Of a stretch of DNA of 64,000 nt, positions 38,400-52,184 are shown in pieces. This stretch comes from Pavona decussata (lineage: Eukaryota): the NCBI GenBank assembly GCA_977016875.1, contig CDRNST010000008.1, forward strand, positions 1,674,001 to 1,738,000, read 5' to 3'. A program made the translations under genes and the position numbers. A model generated the notes under the pieces. That model saw nothing but the letters and a program-made list of their open reading frames with translations, did no database searches and was not told the DNA's origin. Positions within the stretch are counted from its first letter, which is position 1, and every line of letters starts with the position of its first letter.

Positions 38400-38428
38400 C
38401 GCTAACCATGCTTTGAGCAACTCAGTCC
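38311..38428. mobile_element. Short palindromic MITE
   Basis: GGGCCCAGTTGCTCAAACATGGTTAGCGCTAACC versus GGTTAGCGCTAACCATGCTTTGAGCAACTCAGTCC. Confidence 0.75.
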
Positions 38429-38869
38429 AGAACAACTTCTCGTTTTCTTCGTCTCACAGCTTCACTTACTCCTTTGCCCTTTCTCTTTCTTTTTGAAGAG
38501 AAATAGCTTGTGTTAAGCTTTTGTCCTGGAGAGTTTGAAAACTTTGTTCACCATACTGTGGCTTCAACACTCACATGGCAACATGCAAAGAAAATGTAAA
38601 CAATGGGGGCTCGAGGTATCATGGCGGTCGGACGTTTTCTCCACGGCCTCTGATTCTTCAACTGAGAAAAGCCATGACAGGCTCTTTTGGTCATCTTGAA
38701 GCAAAAGTAATGTCTTTCTAACAATGTTTGCCCAACCATTGCATTCCATTGCTTACTCTGATTTCTCGAGTAGAACAATCCAGTTCAAGCAGTTTGTGTT
38801 TGAGGACTTCCCCACCCCCCCCCCCCCAAAGAAAAAAACAAACAAACATAGGAGTGATGATAAGGAAAG

Positions 38870-40430
38870 ATACCGAGAAAGCAGCTCCTCAACAAGCAAA
38901 CTCCATGAAATCTAGAATGGAAGAAAATTGTTGAAATCTCCACTCGCAGATCGCTCAATTCACATAAGAGTTAAAAAAAGAAATGAATGGTGTCAAAAAT
39001 TTGCTAAGGGAATTCAAAACATCTCTCAACAGCGCTCGGGCCTTCATTAAAGATCTTCAGAAAGAGTCCAAGGCCTCTAAATACTCAAAGAGCTCTCACC
39101 AGAAGATGGTGGACAAGCAAGCATCAGAAATACTATGGCTGAAATCTGAGCTGATCAAGTTGCCTCTTTCCGATTTCCGAGTTACGAAAAAATAGAAGCT
39201 GAAAACCTGATCCACTTGCTCTTTCTCAGTATTCACTCTACGGTTAGTCATGCAATTGTCCATGTGTTTGTTTGTGTATTTGTTTTATCGTTGTGACGTT
39301 CTGTGTGGTTGTTTCTGCCTGTTCTGGCCTGTTTTCACCTCAGATTATGCCTATTTTATACCTGTTCAAAATGAAAGCTGTCAAAGTTTCATGCCTATGT
39401 ATTCCTTTTAGAAATACTTACAATGAATTCGTACCTTAGCCTCGATGTTAAGTTCGTATCTTTAAACAGAGAGGGCTGAAAAAGTCAATCAAAAGGCGTT
39501 CGATTTTCAGATGGTTACGCAACCAAAAACTTTAATTTGCATTTTCGCAAGAAAAGTACAGCTCCAAAAACTACATGCATATTTGGGAAGCGGAATGGGG
39601 AGGAAAAGCGCTTTTCAGCCACGGCACTTTACATAGCAAAGGTGTAATGACACTAATTAATCCGAGATTGGACTTTAAAGTAAATAGGAGTATTTCTGAT
39701 AAAAACGGAAGGTTCTTAATTCTAGATTTAGTCATCAAGGAGACACGTCTTATACTTGTAAACAATTATGCTCCAAATGATTCCAGCCAACACATGGGTT
39801 TCTTCAAAGAGCTTCAACACCGCGTTGTAGAATTTGTGCAAGAAAACTTTGTAATTGCCGGTGACTTTACTTGCAGCAGAGACAAAAGAGGTGGAAACCC
39901 GGATTTGAAGAAAAAGCCCTGGTTATTAAGGAAATCAAGCATTTATCCGACTTACATAATTTAATACACACTTGGCGCAACCTTAATCCACACACAGATC
40001 AATTCACGTGGAGAAACAAATCCTTCAAAAGTCAATGCCACTTGGATTTCTTTCGAATTTCGAAAGACCTCATTAATGACGTGCAGCCTTGTAATATTTT
40101 AAAAGTTCCTGAGTCAGACCACTCCGCTATTAAACTCCATATTAGATCTAAAGAACTTAAGCAATACAAAGGTCCTGGGTTCTGGAAATTCAGCAGCTCC
40201 TTGCCTGAGAATGAAGATGAGATATATACAAATACTCTGAACTCAAGGCAAAAAAGACGAACACTTACTACGAAATAAAGTAAATGAGCTGTTGCAAAAA
40301 TCTGAAACAAATTTCAATGATAAATAACTTTTAAACAAGCTTTATGCTACTAAATTATGCCTACAAACAATTATGCAACAAAAGAACAAAGGAACAATCA
40401 TTAGAAGTAAAGCTTGGTGGCAAGAACAAG
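38870..40430 (+). mobile_element. L1/Tx1 element: ORF1 coiled-coil remnant and ORF2 APE endonuclease
   Basis: WEAEWGGKALFSHG...SKGV, GRFLILD, NYAPND, IAGDF, FTWRN...LDFF, SDHSAI and GPGFWKFS. Confidence 0.88.
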
Positions 40431-40491
40431 GTCAGGTCTGGCAGTAGATGGGACTATGGACACTGGGTGCTTCCTAGGATAGCAACAAGCG

Positions 40492-40770
40492 TGGGTGGTA
40501 GTGACACACCCAGGAAGGTGTAAATGGGTGGTTAGGGAACACACCCTGCAAAATAAATGGGGCAGTTAGCGGACACAAACCTCAAAGCACAACCACTAAG
40601 TAAGGCGGTAAGCAGACACACCCAGAGATAATGAATGGAGACAGAAACCCTTGGGCGGTAGCAGACGCCCAGTGAATGATTTGGGGTGGTAGCAAACTCA
40701 CCCAGAGAACGAAACCCCCCGACCCAGTACTTGTAGGTAGCTAATGATAAGGTGGGATAAGGGACCCACC
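40492..40770 (+). repeat. Array of about 7 short stem-loops with unique spacers
   Basis: Consensus TGGGYG-GTAGCAGACA-CRCCCA. Clear hairpins at 40492-40512, 40525-40546, 40652-40671, 40684-40703 and 40751-40770. Confidence 0.65.
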
Positions 40771-41224
40771 CAGCCTGCCATGGGCAATAGCTAAGTGGAA
40801 GTTGTGCACCCAGGCCAGTAGTCCAAGTTTATTTAAAAAAAAAGGGGGGGAGGGGAGGGGAAGGAAAAAAACTTACAATGGATCAAGATATAGCGTGTGC
40901 TATTCATACATAGACTGGCATATGGAAAATACACGCACGAAAGTGCTGTTCTTTGAGACCTGATATGCAACAGATGGCTAAACTGATAATATTCGGATAA
41001 GCACATGCACGCAAACCTAAACAATCTAGGAACAGTGACATGGGTATGAGTGCTGATATAAATAGTACGTTAATGTAGCTAACATCGTCGACTGTTCCGA
41101 TAACAAGTTCCTTGGAATGTTTGTAATGCACTATGTCAACAAAATGGTAACTCTGTGGTCACGCCATAGTGATAAGCAAGACAGTTAGACTCTTTGTAGT
41201 TAACTGTACTTTACAAGTAAAGTG

Positions 41225-41390
41225 AGCAGTTGCTGGACACACAAACTGGATCAATAGCATTGTACCTGTTGCTAAACCAGATGGATGGATTCGACTCTGT
41301 CTAGATCCAAAAGACCTCAATAAGAGTATTAAGAGGAACCAGTTCTACTCCAAGACAATTGACAAAGTTAGTCCTGAACTCCATGACTCA
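41225..41390 (+). mobile_element. Gypsy RT fragment
   Basis: NSIVPVAKPDGWIRLCLDPKDLNKSIKR. Confidence 0.7.
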
Positions 41391-41831
41391 ATTAATAATT
41401 CCGAGCTGAAAATGTTCTTAAAGTTGAAAAATGTTCAACAACAACCAGGTAATTAGATTATCTTATTTACATGATTATATTTTGACACAGGCATTGAGTT
41501 GGGGGAAAGAGATACTGGCCATGTCTGGAAGTGGACCAGGTTCCAGCCGAACTGTGATAAAAACTCGGTACATGCACAACCTAATTTTCCATGTACAAGT
41601 CATGGAAGGCAGAAAATCTTAGAAGAAAATTGGAAATGGATTGGAATTCATCAATGTTCAGAAGGTAAATATCTATATATTGTACTAGTTGGATATTTTC
41701 AGATATCAGAACCACTTTCAGCTATCTAAAACGAATTTCCTTGTTTCCAGGTTTCGAATTGTCATTTTATCTGCCTGTGTTTTTTCAAGTTGGTTACTGC
41801 GTCCTTCCACCTTACACACCATCTTTAACAG

Positions 41832-42960
41832 ATGGCCGGAATGGCAATGACGACTTGGACCACATTCTATGAGATTACTTTTATCAGGGATTTAGTAACT
41901 TCGAAATTCTCGCCTTCCTTGCAATTACTCATGGCATTCCCTGAGGAATACGAGCTCTTAAACGTTGGCTTAAGAGATTAGCCTTGAAAAGAGCGAACCG
42001 TATGATAAAGTCACGCCTTGACGACATAGTATCTGATTTTCTCGATGACATGGAAAGATCAGTTGGGTCATTTGTGGGTTATTGAGAAATGACAAGACAT
42101 TTAAGGGTAAAGCATAACGTTGTTAGATACGATACTTTCATGAGGGCCATGCAAGTTATTGATCCAGAAGGAGGAAAGATCAAATCCCGGGTCCAAATTT
42201 TCTCTGGCATTTAGATGGCTGTTGATAAACTAAAACCATATGGATTCGGTGTGCCTAGCTATGTTGATGGCTTCTCGCGACATGTACTTTGGCTAGAAGT
42301 GGGTTCAGCAAATAACAACCAAAATGTTACCGTTGACTTTTTTTTCTAAGCACTTTCCAGTAGTTAGGTGGAGTACCTAGGGTGGGTTTCTATTATTTAG
42401 AGGCTGTCAAGGCATGATAATGGTGACTATTTAGCAGGCAGTAACAACGTTGTTCAAGGTAAAAGCAGTGCAAGCCAAAGAATAGAAGCCTACTGGTCAA
42501 AGTTAAGGCAAGGTGGAGGCGGCTGTTGGATGGACTTATTTAAAGATTTAAGAGATTCTGGTGTCTTTTTAGATGTTGGTCCGTTGCATAAGAGTGTGTA
42601 AAGTTTTGATTTATGCCTGATTTGTGAAAGGAACTCCACTCTGTTGCAAAATTGTGGAATATCAAGAAACTTAGAGTTGACAAAAAACGGAGATGTTCTT
42701 GGGTGAAAGCCAGACGTATTGTTCTTTCTGCCTGAAGTATATTCGACCCACAGTTATCTCGTTCATGTCAACCAAGAAGATATGGAAGCCTGTAAAACTC
42801 TTTTTGGAGCACAATGCAGGGATTACTCACAGGAGTTTGAGGAACTCGTGGGACATATAGTGGGTAATGACAATCTGCGAGCCAGCGAGCCATGCAAGTC
42901 ATGAGCCATATTTGCAAGCCATCAAAAATTTGGAAAATTGGAAAAAATATGTAATTCATA
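41832..42960 (+). pseudogene. Integrase-core transposase relic (IS3EU-like) with an N-terminal HTH/Clr5-like region
   Basis: YFYQGFSNFEILAFL, GPNFLWHLDG-DKLKPYGF, VDGFSRHVLWLEV, GKSSASQRIEAYWSKLR and KPDVLFFLPE. Heavily degraded. Confidence 0.7.
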
Positions 42961-44518
42961 CTAGGGAGCACAATTCTACCTCGTTATCGTGCTGTGAGAT
43001 CACATGAGATCGCAGCGCATGCGCCAACTCAGTGCAAAGGTTACGCCATCTTGGTCAAAGCACGTTTTTGCTCTAAGGACAAAAACTCTGCAAATTTCTT
43101 CATCATGCAGGAATGCAGTCCATCTTCAACCCCAGCTTCAGCAGCTAGGGGTTAGGAAAAACCCTCTAAGAAGGAACAGTGCACGAATGAGGTGCAAAAA
43201 TTTACTGGAATTTCAGTTTCACAAAAAGGCGGGAAAAAGCCCCCTGCACCGAAGGACAACACGAGCAAAGGAACCTCAAATATTACTTTAAACGCGGCAG
43301 CCCTTGGCTCCGCTCTTGCTGAAGCCCTCAAGAGTTCTTTTGAAGGCCTAAGGGATTCAATGAACGCCAGTTTTCACTGGCCTGGGTGACTTGATTGCCT
43401 AGCATTCTGTCAACGAAGAACCGGACGATGGCAATCATGACGGTGATTCGATCGGGTCTAAGGACGATAACGAATCTTTCGTTAATGGCGAGCCTCCCGC
43501 TAAGAAAAGCTGATTGGCTGAACTGGGAAACAAGAGAAATCCCCTAATTTCCAAGCTGACCAAAACGTTGCTGCTCATCGAGCATGTTGGCCCCGCCATC
43601 GACGGGGATCTTGCATCCCTCGTGGATAAAATCATGAGGGAGAAAGTTAAGAAGACAAAATAACGGATCTGCAAAAACACCACGAAACTCCCGAGAATCC
43701 TACCACTTTATCAGAGACCGAGGTCAATCAAGGTGTATCGAATAATTTGGATGAGTCTGCTAGGTCAAGTGACCTGAAATTCCAAAAGGAACAGAAAAGT
43801 CTTGTGAAAGAAATAGTAATAATTGTGACAGAGGTCAATAAGCTGATGGGGAACTCAGGACCTCAGAATGCACAGGAAAAATTTATGAAAACCAATTGAT
43901 GCTATTTGTTTAAACCACAATGGGAATTAACTATTTCCCATCCTCTGGCAGCTCCCATTAATGGAATTTTCTGCAAGGGAATCATGGTGAACAATTACCA
44001 TTAATGTGATCTCGCCATTCTGAATGTAATTTTTTCATTTCCCATCAATAAAATCAAGTTTATAATAACAGCAATGGTATTTAGAAACCCATGAAAAGAT
44101 ATTATGTACAAACCATTCAAGGAAATGTATCAAATGCCATTCATGTTATCTGGGAATATAAAATTCCATTAATGGTAAAAGCCCTGATTATAGCATTAAA
44201 AAGGTCTTTGAAAAATAGTCAAGAACCATTCATTCAAAATCCCATCAGTAGAAAAACTTTGACAAAACTTATGTGAAATCCTAACTAGAATTCTGTACAA
44301 GAATCACTTAGGTACAGAAGAATAATGTTACTATTAGTCAGAGACCGTACAATGACAGCTATTTTTTTATGTGACAATTAATTTTGGAACTCCAAGTCAC
44401 ATTTCCCAACATGGATTTACTTTGGCTGAGCTGATGGGTTAAGAAAACCACCAAAACATCCTACAATAACTGTATGGTGATCTTTGACTTTCAAGAAATA
44501 AATAATTGAGGTTGATAG

Positions 44519-47500
44519 TTACTGTTTCCAAACATTCCCTTGCCAGCAGCCTTCAGCTAGCCCAAAAATGCAGTCCCGGGCCACTGTCTGTAATGAGCTG
44601 CGCCCAAAGCTTTTCCGGAGATAGAATCCAGGCCTTCGTTTGTCTTCAACATAATAATGAAGTTTGACTGTTTTGTCCCTTCTTGGACACTGCAGATGTG
44701 TGAAATATAGTTTTCCCCATCTGCACATGCAACAACCACGACATCATCGGGCTGAGGATAAAATGGAATGTTCACCGTATCATAAGAAACAGGCAATTCT
44801 TTGCGCATGTGGTCAATAACGACGTAATGAGTTGGGTTATCCATGTTTTCAGGATCTGGGTAAAGAATAACTTTACGAGGTATTCTCTCAGTAGGAACGA
44901 CAAGTTGCTGTACTAAAGAAACAACAAGTTTCCCAAAATTGTAACAATAAATCTCAGGCAGTCCAGCATCATCCTCCATTGCAAGGTAAAGAGTGCCTCT
45001 CAACAAGGAACGAAATTGGTCATCAACCACAGCACAAATAAAAGCATCTACACAGGCAACATTTTCCACATTAAAGCGATTGTTATCTGCAATTATAACA
45101 GTTTCACCTGCTCGGTAAAGGATACCATCATGATTGGCAAAAGGCTTCCATAAACGAGAAAAACAGAAACAGTCAGTCTCAATCTTTTCAGCGGTGGGAT
45201 ATTGTTCACTGAGAAGGTGCATTTCCTGATCTGATAGCTTGTAGTTGTTGTTCTGCTGTTTCCCAACAAGAATTCCACCAGGAACAGGCCTTGATTCTGA
45301 AAGTAACTCAGAGTAAAGATTCTGTGCTTCTGAAACACTGCTTGCACAAAGTTTGCGCTGATTGGAGTTTCCCTGCCTAGTTTCTTCATGCTTCCTCAAC
45401 TTATACTTCAAGCTTTTCAAAAGTTCTCTCCTGCCTTCAGCTTTTGCGAAGGTAATTTCAATGTTCTTCTTGTTTGAGGGAATTGAAATATACTTAGTAA
45501 CAGCTCGCTCATAAACCTTACACCAGTAGTTATCTGATGAAAAAAAAAACGCAGGATGTCTTCAACATCATGTCCTAGATTGTGGAAAGTTACCACGCAC
45601 TGGTCAAGCCCTAACTGCTCTTCTACAAGAATATTATGGCGTTTTGCGAGATGATCAAATAGCATGACATCATCTTCCTTCCAACCATATCGTAGTAGTC
45701 CATTTCAGTCATTCTGGCAGCCAAAACCAAAATTTTAAATTCCTCATCTTCAATCAAACCACCCAAAACACACTCAGATGCTGGAAATGCAAACTTTCGA
45801 TATTCCTCCGCCTTCCAATGTCCAATTTTTGCACAGGACTTCGGGGTTCGGCCATCTTTAAGTTCACTAGTCCAAGGCATTGCTTTGAGTCTCTTGTCTA
45901 GAACTGATTTGTCCACTGCCTCATCGCTGAGATCACGGTTTAAATCTTTGCGCACAACATTCAGTGGAATATTGTGCATCATATCAAAGACTGTATCTAC
46001 AATAACATTGAACCCATACAATTTGTTGAGTCTATGGAGTATAGACAATCCTGTATAGCCACTTTGTCTAGCAAGAGCAGCTCGGACAGAAGATCGGTCT
46101 TCCTCCTCAATTTCTAACATCTTTGGCAACTAAACTTCTAAACCTCGAGGCTCAACAGGAAACCTAGCATTGTACCTGTTGTTTGTAATGTAATAAGTAC
46201 TTCCATTGCCAATGTTTTCTCCTTTTAAATGATGCCTTCTACAAGGAAGGATTCCACAGTTAATAAACTTGCCGACTTCGCACTGTGCTGGGTAATCCCC
46301 AGTCCATAATAACAGCATACAACGCGCAATGTTCTGTCCATCAATATCTCCTGCATATTTTACGTCAGTTCCCTTGATGAAGCTGTCCTCCAAGTCTTGA
46401 ACAAGTGGCTCTAAAAAAGGAGCCAATGCACATGGCCGTTTCTTTGGGACAATGTAACAAGGAACAAAACTGACAACGTTAACTTCATCTGTGGAACAAC
46501 GATCCATTTTGGACATATTGAGGACTGAAATCTCTATGGCACCACAGCTATGACTAGATTTGCTCTGGAATGGGTACCACTTATCCCAGTGTCCAATAAG
46601 TGCAATGTTTCTGGGATTACCCACAGCTTTTTCACCACTACAACTATTCTTTGAGCCACATTCACTGCAAATAACTGTATAGCTATGTCCGTCAAAAGAG
46701 GAGCTCTCAATTTCCTCTGCACTTAGAATGGACGAACAGAAATCACACATGGTAGGAAGCAGCAACTCGCATTCTGGGTCACAAAACCAAGAGACTTCAC
46801 TTACCCTATACCCATCCCAAACCTCTTTAAGAGGAAACCAAGGCCCTTCGTGGTGCAGCCAGTGGTCTTTCTCTTCCCACATTTTGGCCATCTTTCTACA
46901 CAGATTGATCCGAGCACCACAACTTGACCTTTTGAGGGAGCCCTAAATAGTAGTATGGTATATCTGCAGGCTTCCCGCAGAATCTACAATGAGAATTCTT
47001 ATCTTCCATTATATCGTAACTGGCATAGTGACAAGTATCAAGGCATATGAAATACTGCTTAGGGTCTTCATAGCCCACTTCTTTTAGTAACTTTTCAGTT
47101 TCTCGCCAATTAGAGGGCCAATACGTTTCTGGGTTATGATCACCTTTGCAGTAAAGGTCCTTTGCATATTCCAACAAATTTTCCATACTTTTCACGGACG
47201 TTTTCATCTCCTCAGCTAAAATGAGACCCCTGAGAATGCATAACACTATTTCTTCTTTGATACTGCTTGTGGGAGAATTTTCTTGGTGATCAGAGTGTGG
47301 TGCACTGGATGCTCTNNNNNNNNNNNNNNNNNNNNNNNNNNNNNNNNNNNNNNNNNNNNNNNNNNNNNNNNNNNNNNNNNNNNNNNNNNNNNNNNNNNNN
47401 NNNNNNNNNNNNNNNNNNNNNNNNNNNNNNNNNNNNNNNNNNNNNNNNNCAAGTTCACTTGCAGCTGCACCTGAGTAAGCATTTGAGTCAAACACAGAAC

Positions 47501-48195
47501 CTTCCTTGTCACTATTCGTGTCAGTAGAACTTCCACATTAAAGAACTTCATTATTCTGGCCAGTACTGTCACTAATAAATATAAAGAAAAAAATACATGA
47601 ACATTAATAAGTATGATGGGATCTGTACATAAATATTCATGTTTTATCATGGTGCTTTGATATCAGTTTTGCCAATAATAATTGCACAGGTAGAAAAGCT
47701 GTTATACATACATTTTTGGTTTGTAATATTGAGATCTACACCACAAGGTTAAGAAATGGCAAGGAGTACCTCTCCAGGGTCATTTAGTCAATATGCATCT
47801 CAGAGGAAGAGCGATTAATAGCCGCTGTATGGATCATGCATTTTCGTGTATTAAGCATCTTTTGTTTCTTTAAAAAAAGACAAATGCCAACACCAGGGCA
47901 ATGGGAACAAATACGTTCTGAGTGACCCATACCCCACACAAAAAAAAAAAAACATTAATGGGCACTATTTATTGCCTTGGCTAAGATGACTGGACTTTAA
48001 TTTAAATTTCATCTTGCTGCAAATTTAGTTTTCCCCCAGTGGTTGTACTCTGTAGCGGATGACACTGCTTTTCCATTGCATGACTCACAAGGGCAATGCG
48101 AATGCCTGTAAGTCAGTTCAGGACATGTGCAAGTTGTAACGTCCCTACGCGACCACACAATATTCCTGCGCGAACTTTTACCACGCTTACCTCGC
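44519..48195 (-). pseudogene. CMC-type DDE transposase, at least two exons, spanning the assembly gap
   Basis: N-terminal HCPCESC...H, YYYLGL, LIGHWD, FLEPLVQDL, LWTGDYPAQCEVGKF, FDMMHN, WKAEEY and TFHNLGH. Contains stops and frameshifts. Confidence 0.85.
47316..47449. other. Assembly gap (Ns)
   Basis: Run of n characters. Confidence 1.
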
Positions 48196-49144
48196 ATTCT
48201 GGATTCCCCATTGTAAGGTCTTTTTGAATTACCTTTACAACTTCTTTCATTCATTCTACTTGAAAATACAATAAAATTAGAATATTTTAAGTTTATTGGA
48301 AGTACTCAGGCAAATAAATAAGCTTAAATATAATAGGGCAATCACGAACCAGGCAACGTTTTGCGGAGCATAACTGCAAAAGCCAGTTGCCAGTTTAAAA
48401 ATACAACGAAAAGTTTTGCCAGTCAAATGTAGGTTTCCCAAATTTGTACATATATTATGCGATATTAAATCAAACACGTTGCAAAGTAGCACGTGGAAGA
48501 AATTGCATGAGATTAATTTCACCTTCCGCCGATTTCCTTCCTTAAAACTTTGAGCCTAACCTATTGAAAATCCCATATTTGTCTTACCTGTAAGAAAATG
48601 TCCATTCGCCCGATTGATATAAATGGTATAAACCACAAGAAGAACCATGAGCCAATGTCAAAAGATTCTGCTGTTTCAATGAATTCGAAGCTGTCAACAA
48701 ACGCAGAAAGCACACTGTTTTCAAGGGTTTTGTCAACTCCTCTTTGCATAGACCAGGGATTTCGAAACGAAAACGAAATTATCGTAAAACACCAACAAAT
48801 AAAAGGTATAAATACTCCAAGCACTTCGAACACTACACTGAACCACATGACCCTAAGTACATGTTGAACGATGGCAGCAACTCTTTTTGCTCTCAAACTT
48901 AAGATCGACCAAGCTCGATTTGCTCGAAGTCTTTTATTCTGCGAGTTCAGTCGACAGTTCAGTCGGGTCAGCAGAATATATGGAGGTCAGCGGTTAATAC
49001 ATCACATATTGCATTGCAGTCAGTAGTGACGTTCCCGCTGTTCCCATCAACTTTCCCGCTCAAAACTCTTGAGCTTGGCTTTGTTTTCGAATTTGTTAGG
49101 TGGAAGTAAGCTTAATTCTATTTGTTCAGCACACAAAAAAGAAA

Positions 49145-51892
49145 ATGAACAACTCCCAAGACGCATGGACAATAGAGGAAGTTCATACCTTTATAAAAAA
49201 AAACATTTTTCTGAAGAAACTGAGGACAAATTCAAAGGTAGGTGTTGTCACACTTTGTGCAATCGCATAATTTTACAGAGCTAGCTACATGAACTTAAGC
49301 TTAATAGAGCTTGGCTCCTTTTTGCACAGAACAAAACATTAAAGGACCACTGTTAAAGTACATGGCTCGAAATGCATTGATGGGACAGTTACAGGCGTGC
49401 GGCCTAAAAGATATAGCTTCACAGTTAGAATTCCAATGGCTGATAAAAGAGAAATTGGAAGGTGCTAGTTCAGGTGACACTCACATAGTTACCTTGTCGC
49501 CATCTCTGACCTCAAGTAGTAACAACTCCGGAGCAAGCCCCAGTGGCCGAAAACCGTCGCGAAGACACTTAAAAAATATGAGTACACTTGATGCAAAAAT
49601 TTACAAGGCAATGTAAGTGGAAACCTTGTACGTTTTATACGTAAGCTGAACTGTTAGAATACAAGAAATCAGCACTCTTTTCACTTTATAAGACATGTCA
49701 GTTACAGGTGAAGAATAGAACCGCATTACAAATGTGGGTAGAAAGATCACAATAATACAGAGTATTCAATCTATCTTGACATTTCTATTTTTAATACACA
49801 ACATTCAGGGCCAAATTATTGAGCTCATGATGTCGTCGTGCCTTGTTCACCATGTGTTTAGTTTGATTAGTTAAGACTCTTGCTTTAGCTTTAGCTTTTG
49901 CTATTTCTAAATGGCTGTGCTCTGTCCTCTTTGCAAATATTTCCTTGAATTATTTTACTCCTTTACTCCATCTGTTGTATTACTAAGAGCACAATAAAGA
50001 TCCTTCTTGTTGTTGTTGTTGTTGGGTTTTATGAAAAATGTTGGCATGGGAATATGGGACTTGTGGGGTAAAAAAATACTGAATGCGATATAAAGTTATT
50101 GTTAAAGAGATTCTGTAAAATCAAGATATATCTGAATTGAAAATATTTAACTGATTAAACCTGGCTGACAGTACAAACAGCTATGTAAATTTCAAGTTAA
50201 GTGCCCCAACATTAACAGAGGATTTACTTAGTGCAACTGCTGAAAACTTAAAAGTAATGAGAACAAGAAAAGGTAGTGTATCTCACTCTTTAGGTCTTTT
50301 AATGCAAGTGTCTTTGGAAATTTACTACCAGTTGTGAATACTCAAGAAATGATAAAAGAAATTACGTTCCAAATATACTTTACTAAGTGTTATTTACTGT
50401 TTTTGTCATTCATAGGAGGCGAACTGTTCAAGAACGTGCCATACAAAGATGGCCTGGAAATGACATCCCAATATTGCGAAAAAATCAAGCAGCCTTGATG
50501 GAAGTTGATATCTTGGTAGATGAACTGGCAGAGAAATGTTCATATGCCCCTGCAGGATTTGGAAAGCCTGGAATTCGCCAACACATCCTTGACACCCTTA
50601 ATGAGCGCAGGAGGAGGGTTCACAAAGGCCATGATTTCAATAAAGTACTTGCCAAATGTCTTTTGTGTTTATAAACATAACCACCGTGGAATTCAATGAT
50701 AATCAATAAAGTCTACCTTTTTCCTACTTACATTCAGGTAAATCTAACTTCATTTTCATTATTTTGTCACCTTAGGGAGATGGTCAAGCAAAGATTGCAA
50801 AATCTAAAGCATCAGAACAAAAATTGTAAGGAGAAAAACGAGACTCGGATTATTATTAATCTTGGCGATGAAGAGGAAGGAGCCTGCAAAGTAAAGGTGT
50901 GTACTTATCAAAAAGGTGACTGACATTGACGCAAATCAACAGTAATTAGTATATCACAGAAGTCATCTTTTTAACATCTCTTAGGAATTGAACAGGAATG
51001 GTGATGAGAGTGTGGATGATAAAGGTGAAGGCAGTTACGAAGAAAAGGTGTGTACTTATCAAAAAGATGGCATTGATGCATGTCAACAGCAGTAATCAAA
51101 GAAATCATTTTTCTTATCGTTTAGGAATCGTTCACAGATGGTGATGATTATGACAGTGTAGATGATGAAGGCAAAGGAGCTTCCAAAGAAAAGGTGTGTA
51201 CTTATCAAGAGGTAATATTATTACAATGTAGTGATTGCATATCAAGAGTAATGGAAGTAAATTTTCTTGTTATATCGTAGCGATCAATCAGAGCTGATGA
51301 GCCAGAGCCAGACAGTGACTATGAGCCAGACAAGAAAATAATTTACAAAGATAAAGGTGAGTTCAGGTATTTATATGGTTTGTTTCGATTAGATGACGCT
51401 GCCACCGATATCAATTTCTTTTTTCACCGATATCAATTTGTTTTTTCACATGTACATGACCACACAGCACAAGTAGCACGATATAATATTTTTTATTAAA
51501 TTTTTGATGACTAAACACTTATGTTCATTCTGAATAATTTTATTTAATAAACAAAAAGCACATATTGTTTAGCCAAAAGAAATAGTTGGCTGAACAATGG
51601 ACTTTTTTAGCCATCTGACGTAGGTAGTAGAGGTTAAAGTTTCTGACTAAAACTTTTCTTTTCTTTTTAAACAGATGGGAAGGCAAAACCTGCAGGACAC
51701 AATATTTCAACAAAGTAGCATTCAATGCAATTAGAGCCAAACATATTTCACGGTCACAGCTGGTATCAGCCAGCAAAACACTGCGCCTGTACCCACAGCT
51801 CTAGTAGAGCAAGGCTTTGTCAAAGTGACATGTACTGGTGACAGGCCACAGCATGTTAATAGAGATAACATAGTGATTTTGAAGTCATTCTA
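49145..51892 (+). pseudogene. CACTA accessory gene with an N-terminal SAM-like domain and tandem acidic exons
   Basis: MNNSQDAWTIEEVHTFIKK-HFSEETEDKFK|EQNIKGPLL...CGLK matches the SAM pattern across a frameshift in an A-run. Further exons at ~50415-50645, 50777-50895, 50985-51047, 51125-51192, 51281-51356 and 51674-51892. Confidence 0.6.
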
Positions 51893-52184
51893 AGACACAA
51901 GGAGTGTTGTTAGTTGACTAAGTGTTTTAGCCCTAGTGTTGAATCTTAAATAAATGAGTTAAAATTTGCTAACACTGTACGTCCTTTATTCTGAAAATTA
52001 AAGGTGATTCTAGCTTGTACAGTTGAATCCTAATAACTCAAATCTCCTGTTCAAGGTTCGAGTTAATTCAACTGGATTCAACTGTAGTATAAACGTCTCT
52101 TAATACACCCAACATTTCACTAATGAGTGTGGACCAACTGTAGTACCATGTCAATTTGAAACTGTTTTTGATGTTTCCTCATTT

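Noticed and set aside
40492-40770. CRISPR array
   Set aside because: The repeats are too degenerate and the spacer lengths too variable, with no cas genes. Kept as an unexplained hairpin array.
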